DNA of 33,271 bases from Sarea resinae. Lineage: Eukaryota. How positions within the stretch are numbered: the stretch's first letter is position 1; each line of letters opens with the position of its first letter. The stretch is from assembly GCA_026026165.1 (NCBI GenBank), contig JAPEUD010000086.1:62001-95271 (forward strand), given 5' to 3'. Made by a program: the position numbers and the translations under genes. Below are positions 12,787 to 24,207 of this stretch, piece after piece. Under the pieces are notes generated by a model that was not told the origin of the DNA, did no database searches, and was given only the letters and a program-made list of their open reading frames with translations.

Positions 12787-14404
12787 TTATACCTTGAGCA
12801 ACCTGACGACGTTGGTGTCAACGCCATGCAATTCCTCAGGGAACCTACACTTGTCCCCGAAGATGCAATCTCTGCTCCCTGGCTTACCCAGAGGACAGCG
12901 GTGTCCATAGATACACTCCGGGTCGTCACATTCCTTTCCGTACCGACAAGGTGCGAGTCTAGCGATGTATTTCAACGTCTCCAGTTCGCTTTTCGTGAGC
13001 TTGTAGGTGTGATCGTGACTACATTCGTCACCATAAGGACAGTCGCCGCGAAGATGATGCACATTGCATAACTTTAAGCTTTTAATTCTCTTAACGTCGT
13101 TTCTATCATACTTCGGCTCCGGATCAACACGTTCGCCATATTTATTGCGGGGCACACCTTGGGTCGTCGGCTGAGGGGTAGCCGGCGGAGATGCGACATA
13201 GGCCGGTGCTTGCATGGCTGCGGAAGCCCATGTACTTGGGGGAGGAGGCAGGCTCGGCATTATATTGCTGACGGACCGTAGGATGCCAGGGGGTGATGCC
13301 AGCTGTGATTGCTGAGGCTGATAAACGTTGATTTTGGATGTGCGAAAAAGACCGTTAAATTTGGTCGACTTGTAGATATTCCGAAGAGTGACGAGTTCCC
13401 TTTCGAACGGAGGTCCCTCTAAAAGGGTGATCTTTTCGACAAGGTCTCTATCCGTAGCGAATTCTTCGAGGAGTCGAGCATAGCCGTTATCGGTCGAACA
13501 ACCTAATATTATTTGACGGCAGTGGCAGTCATTCAGGTTCAGCTTGAAGACCTCTAGCAAAGCCAGTTAACACGCATGATCCGAAGGAGGGTGATCAGGA
13601 AAGTAGACGACGGAGCTCAGACTCAAGAGACAGGGAGGTTCACTGACCAGCCAATTTATCATCCGCACGATCTTTTCCGCTTCCAACATCCACAAAATCG
13701 AAGAGCTGCTTGCTGCCGGTGAAGCCTTTTGCAAATTCTTCGACTTTACTAGGCCGTTCAACGAGCCCTGCCTTAAAGCATGTTTCCGCAAGTCCCTTGA
13801 TATTTGCATAGATTCGCACGATTATCTTAACATCGGACGATAAACGAGGTAGATTTGTCTCTAGATAGTCGCGAACGGCATTATTGAGCAGGCCAGCTGC
13901 GTCCTTGCCACCTTGCTCTGCGTTGCGGAGATGGTCATCATCGAACTAGCAGTAGCTTACGTTAGTCAAAGACTATCAAAGAGCTCGTCGGGCCACTTAC
14001 AATCAAACCATCGCCGTCAATCAGAACTAATACGAATGGATTTCGATCCTTTTGAATCCATTAGCCTCAACTATCGCAGGGTATCTGTATGTATACCATC
14101 AAGGCTCTCAATTTTCGAAGCTCCTCTTCAAGCCTCAATTCGCGGAGCTGCGAGTCTCGATTATATCGTTTCTCGCGGGCATTTTCCAATTGTACGGTCT
14201 GATACTCTTCACTGAGAGTGTCGAGCCTGTAAAGTAGCTCCTGTATTGCATTCAATGGTAATCAGCAGATCATTCGAGGAAGGTGAAGGAATTGGCTCCA
14301 GATCGACTCAATCTCACCTCGATAAGGTCATTTTTGTGATTTTCTGTGCCCTTCAGGAGCTCAAATTGCTCATGCAGTGCTCGATTTAGATTGTTTGCTG
14401 ACAT
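12787..14404 (-). CDS. Fungal CCCH zinc-finger protein with N-terminal coiled coil and LIDGDG-type domain, 447 aa
   Basis: Five exons: 14404-14318, 14240-14097, 14048-14001, 13945-13648 and 13553-12787, all GT-AG and in frame. FVLVLIDGDG...FDFVDVGSGKDRADDK...GCSTDNGY domain, then three C-terminal CCCH-type motifs. Confidence 0.88.
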
Positions 14405-15404
14405 AGCTATTGTTCTCACGAATGGCTGAGGTTAAATATTGCACATTGCAGCTGCGGGGGTTCTGGATTTCGAATTGGAAGGAAGTCGAATGCTGAATTC
14501 CAGAGGTTCTACACTCGAAATGATTAAATGTCCGTGGATGGGGGTTTTCAAGGTTTCAAGGTGTTACGCTTACAGGATCCTTGCAGACGCGCGCCTGGAG
14601 CCAAGTAGTTGAAGACATTCGCGTATAGCTCCCGTCCTGTACAAGCGACCGAGCAGGACAATCTCCATCAAGGATAGATTGGATACTAATGTTCAGCAGT
14701 GAATGATGAAACAGCTAAACGCCATGAATGGTGAGATACATGGCAGTTGCTTCGCTATTAGACGCCCATCACCACATGATCCAATCGTGACCTTTGTTCT
14801 ACTCTGACCTCACTCAACACCTCACTTGGACACCGTCCCACGGGTGGTATTACCCATCTACCTACTGATGCAAGACAAGCATGATTGAGGTACGATCGTA
14901 TCATGAGAGCGAAACAAGCCAGCTTCGATTTGGAGAGGTAAGCAGCAGCCACCCGGCCCGTTCGGAAATCAGGCGCAGGTACCAAGTATTCTATTGACTA
15001 CCTTACTAGGGTACTGTGATAAATCATCCCAAACCTGAGGCTTAATCTCCACCCGACGAGGATGAACAAATGACCATGGCCGTTGCACGATCCTGGGACT
15101 TGTGGGACTATACTTGAACCTTGATCAGAAAGCAGGCTGGAGGCGGAAGTGTGAGATACAGTCACAAACACGAGTGATTGCTTTTCTCAACTGCAAAGGT
15201 GCGATATCACAAAGAGCAGATGAATGATTAAAGAGACCATCTGCCAACTAATGGAGTAGGGTATCATCGCAATTCATGATTCGTCGATCATACTTTGCTA
15301 TCTTTATCATACGTGGATGACATCCAAGTCATGGAGAGAAGAAACTACCCAAGGGAACAAAACACTATCAAAACATCCTGCACGCCCAATGAGAACGGAC
15401 CGAT

Positions 15405-17216
15405 TCATACGGTTCCGTATTCTACCTTCGGGTCGATGACCGGTTGACGACCCTCACGACGCTGACGGTCGGCTGCCAACGTCTGGGCGAACTTGGATCG
15501 CGCACGAATTGCCGGGCCGTACCAGTAAAAGACGTATATAGGGATGGCGACCATGATGGCAATGACACCGAGGATGGTCGTGGGCCACTCGAGATGGTAT
15601 CTGTAACTTGTGCCTCCGACGTTGTTATAGACTGAAGAAAGATTAGTCCACTATTATTCAGAGAAAGTTGATTAATCTGGACAAAGCCTTACAGGGCACG
15701 GAATACATGGCCGCAATACCAGCGAGGAAATCACGAGCAAATCCGTTACCACCAGTGGCAGATGCGGAGTAAGGTCCATACGCGGCGACCATATAATCAA
15801 TCGTAGCCATATAGATGGCATAATTGGCGATACCGATCAGAGCTGCGAAGATCATAGGAGCAATCCAGTGGCTGTATTGGGGTCCCAAACTGGTCCACGC
15901 GAAGCCGAAAAGTCCAATAGCCTCAAGAGGTGCCACTAGTCAATATTAGACATTGCGAATCTCAATATGGCATGAAGATGCTACTTACACCACAGAAGCC
16001 ACCACAGGCGCGCTTCAGGAAGAAGCGCATCGGGATCCTTGCGACGGATGACACGATCCTTGTGGATCCACGGTAGGAAAGAGAAGTATGCGATGAAGTA
16101 ACCAATCATGATGCTGTCGGTAATCAGCAGATGCCAGAAACATGTCAAGGACTACACTTACGCAATGAAAGCCATGCCGGTTTCCTGAGGAGTGAAATTC
16201 CATTGCGCGAACACTGGTGAGAAGGAGTCGAGGAAAATGAAGATGAGGGCGTCGCTGAAACCGGACAGGAGAGACAAACACAGCACAATTGGCTCGCGGA
16301 GGAACATGTAGAAAGGACGGGACCAGATGGTCAGAACTTCCTTGACCGTCATTCTGTGCTCCTTGAGCTCGTCGGGGCCAAAGACATTTGTTTCACCGGC
16401 TTTGCGTCTTCTCTTGGCTTCTTTGTCGATGAGGCAGGAAGCTCTCGTTTCGGGAACGGTGAAGAAATGGACGGCCTGGACGACACCACCAAAAATAAGA
16501 GCAACCCAAAGACACCATTGCCATTTGGCATGCTCCTGCATAAAGCCTCCGACAATGGGTCCTACGGCTGAACCGCCGACAGACGAAAGCACGACGTAAG
16601 CCACAGCATACTGCTGGTCTTCAGGCTCCCACATGTCAGCGACCATGCCCAGGGTCACGGAACCACCGGCAGATGAGATGCCGCCGAGGAAACGACCAAC
16701 GATGATGGATCCGAAATTCGGTGCCAGCGCGACGAGAATGTGCCAGATGTTGACAAAGAACAAACTGGCTTGCATGATAGGCCTTCGGCCTAATTCCTCA
16801 CTCCAAGGGGCCCACAGCTCGCATCCGAAAGCGTAGGAAACGAGGAAAATCATTTGGCCGACTCTCGCTGCCTGGCCACTGACATGGAATTTCTTCTGGA
16901 TTCCAGGGACGGCGTTGGAGTAGATACTGGCGTTGAAGTTCATGGACACTTGGATCCAGAAAATGACGGTGATGATCCACCACTTCTTCCACGAGGGAAA
17001 CGAGAAACCGAGCTTCTCGTAGCAGTCGTTCTCCTGCAGCTCGATCTTACCGTCCGATCTGACGTCCTTTCCCTTTTCGTCATCGCTGCTGTTGTCCTGG
17101 ATCATGCCAGGCTTTTCAGGATCGGCGACATGCTCGATGTTTTGCTGTCGCGTCGCGGGTTCACCGGGGAACCCCACGTCGTTCGCGACGTCGTCCGTAC
17201 CGTCCGTCCTCAACAT
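15405..17216 (-). CDS. MFS transporter, DHA1 (drug/polyamine:H+ antiporter)-like, 549 aa
   Basis: Exons 17216-16162, 16113-15989, 15935-15693 and 15631-15405. About 12 hydrophobic segments, motif A WAPWSEELGRRP, IIVGRFLGG, WQWC...VPET, PEARL and YGPAIRARSKFA. Confidence 0.92.
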
Positions 17217-17329
17217 CCTGTCGTTCTATCGTTGTGGCTCTTATGCTCGGGGTATGATATGGTAAAAAGAATTGGGTCTTGAACGCTCAACCTCCACGAT
17301 GAGCCTGTCTATCTCTAGAGATGCACGAT

Positions 17330-17488
17330 CTATGAGGGAGATGGCGGGGAGAAGGTGGGGTGGGGTGGGGAGGGGAGGGGAGGGATGCGGAAGAGATTGG
17401 ATGGGGAGGGAAAGAGAATTTGTATGAGACAATATTGTTGGATGAGCGACTGAGCTGAGGCACAGGAGATGAAGAGGCCCGCAATCAT
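17330..17488 (-). other. Candidate 52-aa upstream ORF ending ...SPPSPS-stop in the MFS transporter leader
   Basis: ATG at 17488-17486 and TAG at 17332-17330, 113 nt upstream of the MFS ATG. It is the nearest upstream ATG. Translation is unproven. Confidence 0.35.
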
Positions 17489-18960
17489 GGGGGAGTGCCG
17501 TCCTCTAATAAGGAAGAGAGGACGCTGACGTAGGAAGGAAGGGATACCTGTGGTTCACGCAACGACTCAGTACGTGAACGAGTATCCAATCCAGAGTGAT
17601 GCTCGAGTGATCCTAGCTGGAGTAGTACGCTGCGTGCCTGTTGACATCGATGACTTACTCGTACGGCACGGCTGGATTGAGTACGATTGAGTACTAGTAC
17701 GAGTAGGCAAGATGCTAGCACGGCCAGAGGTACCGTACTAGTACTAGTACGAGTGCGAATATCTCGGACTAGGATCAAGGCAGCCGGGGCGGAAGGGATC
17801 CATCCATCCATTTGGACGGAATGGCGTCCTCGAGGTACGGATACTGAGGTATGTGCCGGGAGCGTAAGCGATGCTGCGGTACTCAGTACTCCATCCTCTG
17901 CCCACCGAGTAGGGAGTTGGAGGTTCTCTCCCCGTGGCCATGCCATGTAGGTACTGTACCGCAAGGTACTTACCGTACTTACCGTACTTGCCGCTTGCAC
18001 CAACCGCCAAGAGCCAACAGCCAGCCAGGGCAGAGTGCAGCGTGCAGAGTCCATCAGTGATGGATTAAGCTTCCGGGGCCCCTCCGCGCCATCCGTCAGG
18101 GCATGGGAGAATCGAAGTCGACGAGGTCGATCCAGCATCCATCCGTACCGAGTACCTGACTCTCCTTACGAATTGCTACCTGATCTCGGGTCACCTCCCG
18201 ACACCATCTCGTCCGAGCAGTGCTACGGTGCAGTAGTCCTTGACCATCTCAGCCTGCATTCTCCGATAACTCGACGGTTGCTGTTTCGTCGTCCAGGTAA
18301 GCTGATCGGTCACGCTACTTGCCTACATGCCTGACCTCCATACAAGTGCGACGACGTCGTTACCTGGTATTCATGGATGCAGTCGATACATCGGTCACGC
18401 TACGAATCTCCTAGGACGATCCGTACCCTCGCCAGCCTCTCACCGTTTGCAATCCAACCTCGGACGGCTGGGGAGGCCATCTTCGTGCTTTCTACGTGCT
18501 TTCTTCGTGCCATCGTGCTATCTTGGCCTGCTGGACTCTGCTAACCCCGCCTATGGAAATTGCGAGAAGACTACTCCGTCCCAGATGCAGCTAAAGGACG
18601 GGCGGAGAAACCCCCCTACCCCTCATCGCCGATTGGCACGCCATTCGCGTTCATCATCGAACTATCGAAGCATTCTCGAAACCGAGCGAAACGACGGCGA
18701 CCTGGTCTCTGAGTACTCGAGAAGAAGGTTGGCGTCGCTTACATGATGGATCGGGACCAAGTAGTCAGGCTCGAGTACGTGTAGCTGTGGCCGGTCGGTT
18801 GTTGGCTAAGATGGTAGTTCAGGCCATGAATAATAACCCAGCGGGGCGTATACACTGATAGTATGAGAATGACGAGGATGGATACTTGATTGGACCAAGG
18901 TCTCTTGTAAATCGTCACACAATGATGACAGCCCGAGACCATCATGGTGGCTACCTATGG

Positions 18961-18987
18961 TGACTATGACTATGACTATGGTGACTA
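18961..18987. repeat. Degenerate (TGACTA)n tandem repeat
   Basis: tgactatgactatgactatggtgacta read directly. Confidence 0.75.
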
Positions 18988-21764
18988 CCTCTGACTGTCT
19001 GGCTCTTTCGTCACCTCGCCAGGCCAGGTATTGTTTCCACCAATGAAAGGGACGATTGAACGACTGAAGCCAGCGGAAAGCGCACCAAGCGCGGCGAAAA
19101 AAGATGCATCCGTACTCCGTAGATGGGAAAGAAAGCTTGCCCTGACGGGTACCTCGAGTACGGTGTGTGTCTGCAGAATCGAAAGTACTCTACTGTACTG
19201 TACTTGCACATCACGATTGAATTGCCGTACTTGCCTCAGGCACTCTGCTCTTTTCTCGCTCGGCTTCCGCCGTCCACGGGTGCATGGATCCAATGATGCT
19301 ACCAATACGTTACCCGAGGGCCAGTTATGCGCACAAATCTCGGATCGTCGACTTTCCTCGGGGCACGTCTCTGGCCCAGACGACACTGCCGAGTCCATTA
19401 CTTGCATCTCACGGCACGAGTCATGTTCTCCGCCTCCGCATTGAAGCCGCAAGCCGCTGGAGATCTGCCTGACTGGAGAACCATGTCCGTCACGGGAATG
19501 CTCCTGCCCGGGGGCAATTCGCATCATGGACCGCGCATTCATGCTGTTCAGCCTCAGACCGACGTTGCTACTGGCCCTTCAGTGGGAGTACCTGCACCCA
19601 TGATCATTTGCTCGTGGCGGTCCCACAAAAACCGGAGCCGCCAGAAAAATCATCCTGGTAGCGGCGGCGCAGGTTGTTCGCGATCCTCACTAGGTCAGGT
19701 ATGTAGGGACAAGACGGCCGGGCCGGTACCTTGACACCTCCAGCACGGTGCGAATTCGTGCACTTTGGCACGGCGCCGTCGTCCGTACGGTGGGCCAAAG
19801 AATCTCCGAAACCCTCTTCCGGGTAAGCTACTCCCCAGGCTGTCCTGGCCACCAGGCTCATTGGCACTGTTCCGCATGATCATGCATCACGGTACGAAAT
19901 CCTTCTCGCTCTGGAGAGCCCCATCCTTCACCAACCCAGCGCGCCCAGCCAAGCCAAGCCCGTCAGCTAGCCCCGTCATCTCAGCAGACATGGAGAAAAA
20001 CACGACATACTTTGGGGTCCCCAACTTCCACCCAGCCAATCCCCCCGCCCAACTCCAGAGCCCCAGCAAACCAACCGAGCAGCGTATGGAGTACCCCTCA
20101 AGCAACCGATCAGCTGAGGTGGGGCCCCTGGGGCGAGAGATTGCAACGTTCGCATGGCCATTGCAACCCTTCCCCAGACCTCTCCCCATGACTCGGACTA
20201 CTTTTGCAAAATCTGTAAAATGCCTCACTCGAATCCATCGGCCAGGTCGCATTCAATGAGATTGATTGCAGTCGACGGACAGACAGCCTAGAACACTGTC
20301 TTTTTCTTTCTGACAGCTCTGCTTCCCCGCGCTTCTCTTCTGCGCGTCGTGCCACTTCCGATGCCTGGAACATGAAGCATTCAACATCTTCACGACGTTG
20401 ATTATTTCTTCTCGGCATAGACTTCTTCGCGACGCGGTCCGGCACTCATTTGCTCTACTCGCGACACGCCTCGCTGCACGCTAATGTCCTTGCTCCCGTG
20501 CCCTGTCTTATGCTGCAGACCTTGGCTCGATAGGATCGTAAGTTCAGCCAACCAGGCTCTCGCGTCGTCTGGTCCACGGACCTCTGAGGCCGCCGCACTG
20601 TCGTGCGCCAGGGCCTCTGCCGAACGCCTCCAGCGCCTTTGCCTTTGCCTTTCCTCGGTCGGATCATGATCGACGAGAGTCCCTGGTGTTAGCTTGGCTG
20701 CACGTAGCGTCTTTGAGGAGTCCCTGGTTTTTAGAGTAGCTGCACGTACAAAGTACGAGTACATGTAGTGTCTTGCTGTGAACCCGGTGATCAGCTACTG
20801 ATCCGAGCCGTGGAATACCCTTTTCGGGCACGTCCAAAACCCAAACCTTCAACGTGAACCTCTTCATGGCACGAGGCAGGCCGGCGCAAAACCTCTCGCC
20901 CTAAGGGTCTTGTACTATGAGTACAGTACAAACAAACACTACTATAACAATCTAGAAGCAGAATCGTCCTTTTCTCTTGCAGTAGCATAGAAGCCGTTGG
21001 ACTAACGCCGGCGAAGAAGAGATAGTCAGGAACATTGCCTCGTCTAGCAGCTGTGGATGTTGACAAATAATAGGATGCTCGCATGGGCAGATCATGGCAG
21101 CTGCTATACTCGGTCATTAGAGGTCCTAGGTCCTCTCCAAGGGGCAAAGAGCTAAACAGAGAAATGTATTGATTAAAGTGGATAGATGGTCTCTGGAAGT
21201 AGACAGATAGGGCTGATGTTGCCCGCACAAGTTCTTTCCACGCTTCCCCCTCTTTTTTTTCTGTCTCTTCTTCTCTTCCCTCTCTTCTTTGCTTGTGGTC
21301 GTGTCAGGGCAAGAGATGACAGGACAAGACGGAACAAGACGCTAGACCACACGACATGCCCGCCGTCGTCTTCCGTCTTCTAAGGCCACCTCACCTTAAT
21401 CATCTACGCTCCACGCTCCACTCTCCATACTCCATACACCATGCTCCACACTTTACAATCCTCTCTTCACTCTCCACTCTCCACTCTCTACTCTCCACAA
21501 AGGCCCCTCCTTTCATCTGCGCTGGCCGCCGCGCAGTCCCAGTTTCCCCCCGGGGTCCCCATGGACCACGTAGACTTATCGTCCCTATAGATCTCATAGA
21601 CTCCACATCCCCAATGTCCGCATCGTCCCCATCGTTCTTAGAGATCTCATCGTCCCTATCAAGACATTCTTTCTTCTTCCTTTCCTTTCTTTCCCCCTAG
21701 TTCCTAATCTTCTTCGAGACACTGCTAGACAGATCGTGGTATATACCTTGGTCACTTATTTACT

Positions 21765-21918
21765 CACTTATTTACGCACTCACTCGCTCACGTCTCTACT
21801 CACTCACTTACTAACTTACTGAGCTCAGCTTACTTCCTAACTAACTCACCTACTTACTTACTTACTCACTTACTTACTCACTTACTTACTCACTAACTTA
21901 CTAACTTACTTACTTACC
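21765..21918. repeat. Degenerate (ACTC/ACTT/ACTA)n tetranucleotide microsatellite
   Basis: Long run of cttactcacttacttact-type units. Confidence 0.9.
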
Positions 21919-22070
21919 TAGTAGCTTAGTTGATTTTAGCTTAGCTTGTAAGCTCTACTCACACTTCAAATAGAAGCTTTAAGCAAGCCTTTCATCAAGT
22001 CTAAGAGCTAACAGCAGACATTTTTCTTTTCTATTCTGTTCTATTCTGTTCTGTTCTACTTCGCGACACG

Positions 22071-22114
<44 letters not shown>

Positions 22115-22146
22115 CACTACTACCACTACTACCACTACCGCCACTA
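22071..22146. repeat. (CCA/CTA)n trinucleotide microsatellite
   Basis: Mixed CCA and CTA units in one phase. Confidence 0.92.
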
Positions 22147-22773
22147 TATCGTTTTTTTGTTTTTGTTTTTTGTTTTTTGTTTTTTTCTTTTGCTGTAGCT
22201 TGCTTCATTAACATCGCTGTCGCCAAATAAGTTCGTTCTACATAGATATAGATATATACATATTCCACGACTTTTCTATCTTATAGATAGAGGTATCTAG
22301 TAGTATAACACTAGTAGGTATTGTTTCTAGAGAATTACGACTAACCTACCTTGGCCTTAGCTACAGAGTATATAGGTAGCTAATAGGGCTACGGGTAAGT
22401 AAGTAAATAGGTATAGAAAATAGCGGAGAGGTACAGAGAGAGAGAGGTAAGTAGGTAGGTAGGCAGGTACCTAGGTATATACTACGTAGTAGGCAGGCAA
22501 GTAGTCAGGTGGATACCATTTGCTGTGCCTTGCTGCATGATGTGAGGTAGGGTAGGGTAGGGAAGAAGGTAGCCCTGGCAGGTTGATCGGTAGACGTGTA
22601 GATGATGTGCTTTGCTGTATAACGTGAGGTAGAGAGGGAGGGAGGGACGCAAGTAGGGACGCAAATAAAGAGGTCTCATAGCAAGCCCAAGGCAAGAAGC
22701 ACGAGACTAAAATAAACAGAACAAAATTCACGCGAGTTTGGCGGATCTCCATCATTTTCAAACGACGGCTGAA

Positions 22774-22789
22774 TGTGTGTGTGTGTGTG
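22774..22789. repeat. (TG)8 microsatellite
   Basis: Read directly. Confidence 0.85.
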
Positions 22790-23110
22790 AAGAAGCCCAG
22801 CCCAGCCCGGCCTGGCCTGGCCTGGCTTTTCATTCTCCCTTGCTTGGTCTATTGATACATAGGGACAGCCACGTCCAGTGTCCAGGTGCCTTCACGCTTC
22901 CCCCCTGTCCTGTCCCTTTGGTTTTCTTTCCTTTCGCATTTCTTTTTTGTGGTCCAACCAACGAGGATAGATGATACGTGAGACTTCGCCGCATCCTCCC
23001 CATCCCCGATTTACTGTTCCCGTGCTCCCACGGCCCCTCCACCAAATCCTTCGTCATCTACTCCAATTTCATCCAGCCCCGAATCCGTCCACACAAGCCA
23101 GTTCCAACTT

Positions 23111-24052
23111 CTAAGCCTTCTTCGTCCTGACGGGGTTGCCGCTCTTGACCCGCTTCGCCTCCGGCCGATTGATATGATGCGCAGGGATCCAGCTCTCGTC
23201 GTAGGCCTTGGCTCCACTAGTCACGGCCGGCCCATCGCCGCCAATGACGCTGACTTGGTCCGCCGGATCGACCTTCTTGGTACCCTTGGATGACGTCTTG
23301 GCGCGCTCGCCCCCTTTGCCACCCCGGCGCTTTTGCGGGAAGAGCGTCGAGATCCAGGTCGTGTAGATAAAGTACGACGTGCCCGCGAAAGCAGCCGCGA
23401 GGAAGAGGTAGAGGAAGATGCTGTGGTACAAGTATTAGACACTCGGTCGCACTCATTGTGGACAGCCTAGGAGGAACTCACATCTGAGGATCAAAGATGC
23501 TGGTTTCCGGCTCGACGACGCTGACCGTCTCGTTGAAGACCTGCAGGGTATAGAACGTGCCCTGACCGTCGGTGACGACACTGACGAGATTGAGCCTGAG
23601 ATCCTGGGGATGCAGGTCCGTCGCGAAGGTATAGCTGAGACTCTCCTTCTCACCCGCGGGGATCTCGACACCGTAGCGTGTGGTGGTCAGGTTGCGCACC
23701 ACGACGCTCTCCTCGGGCTCGAAGCCAGTGGTCCAGAGAGATCCGCCGACGAATGCGATGGTGACGGGGGCTGGCTCCTCGTTGGTAAACGAGACCACGG
23801 CTTGGGTTGGGTGGCCGTTGATGATCTTGATGCCGAAGATCTCAGACGACGGGAAGGATACCGATGCCGAAACGAGCAGCTTGGGAGCGCTGGCTGCGTC
23901 ATCAAGATCATCTTGCTCGGCCGTCTGTGATAAGCAATTGTCAGTATCTGTGCTGTCTTGAGGGATCGGAGACGCAGTCGTACCCCTGCCGCAAAGGCGG
24001 ACAGAGCTCGCAGGGAGAAAAGGGCGAGAGTTGCTAGTCGTGAAATGCCCAT
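23111..24052 (-). CDS. IRC22: Translocon-associated protein alpha (TRAP-alpha / Irc22-like), 273 aa
   Basis: Exons 24052-23984, 23924-23482 and 23420-23111. Signal peptide, lumenal FPSSEIFGIKIING...VVRNLT...YTFATDLHPQDLRL...FNETVSVVEP domain, FDPQIIFLY transmembrane segment and YDESWIPAHH tail. Confidence 0.9.
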
Positions 24053-24199
24053 TGCGACGGTAAAGAATGAAATGGGAGGAAAGAGAGGGTGGCGAGGGAC
24101 TTGATAGAGTCAGGATGAGGTTTTGAATCCGGAACTCGAAAACCTGGAGACTATGGGATACGTTTGTTGTTGCATGGTGCGAGGTGGTCTCAATTGTGC

Positions 24200-24207
24200 T
24201 GAGTCAT
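24200..24207 (-). promoter_or_regulatory. Possible Gcn4/CpcA (AP-1) site ATGACTCA
   Basis: Consensus match about 150 nt upstream of the TRAP-alpha ATG. A single short motif, so it could be chance. Confidence 0.25.

Noticed and set aside
17485..20445. ORFs 17485-18138(-), 18985-19542(-), 19765-20259(+) and similar
   Set aside because: No recognisable domains, many have non-ATG starts and they overlap on both strands, as expected by chance in GC-rich DNA.
22547..22562. (GGGTA)n tract as an interstitial telomere or Pot1 site
   Set aside because: The unit is TAGGG, not TTAGGG, there are only three copies, and it lies in a microsatellite-rich zone.
17217..23110. Telomerase RNA or TPP riboswitch in the long intergenic region
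   Set aside because: I saw no TAACCCTAA-type template or TPP aptamer core on either strand by eye.
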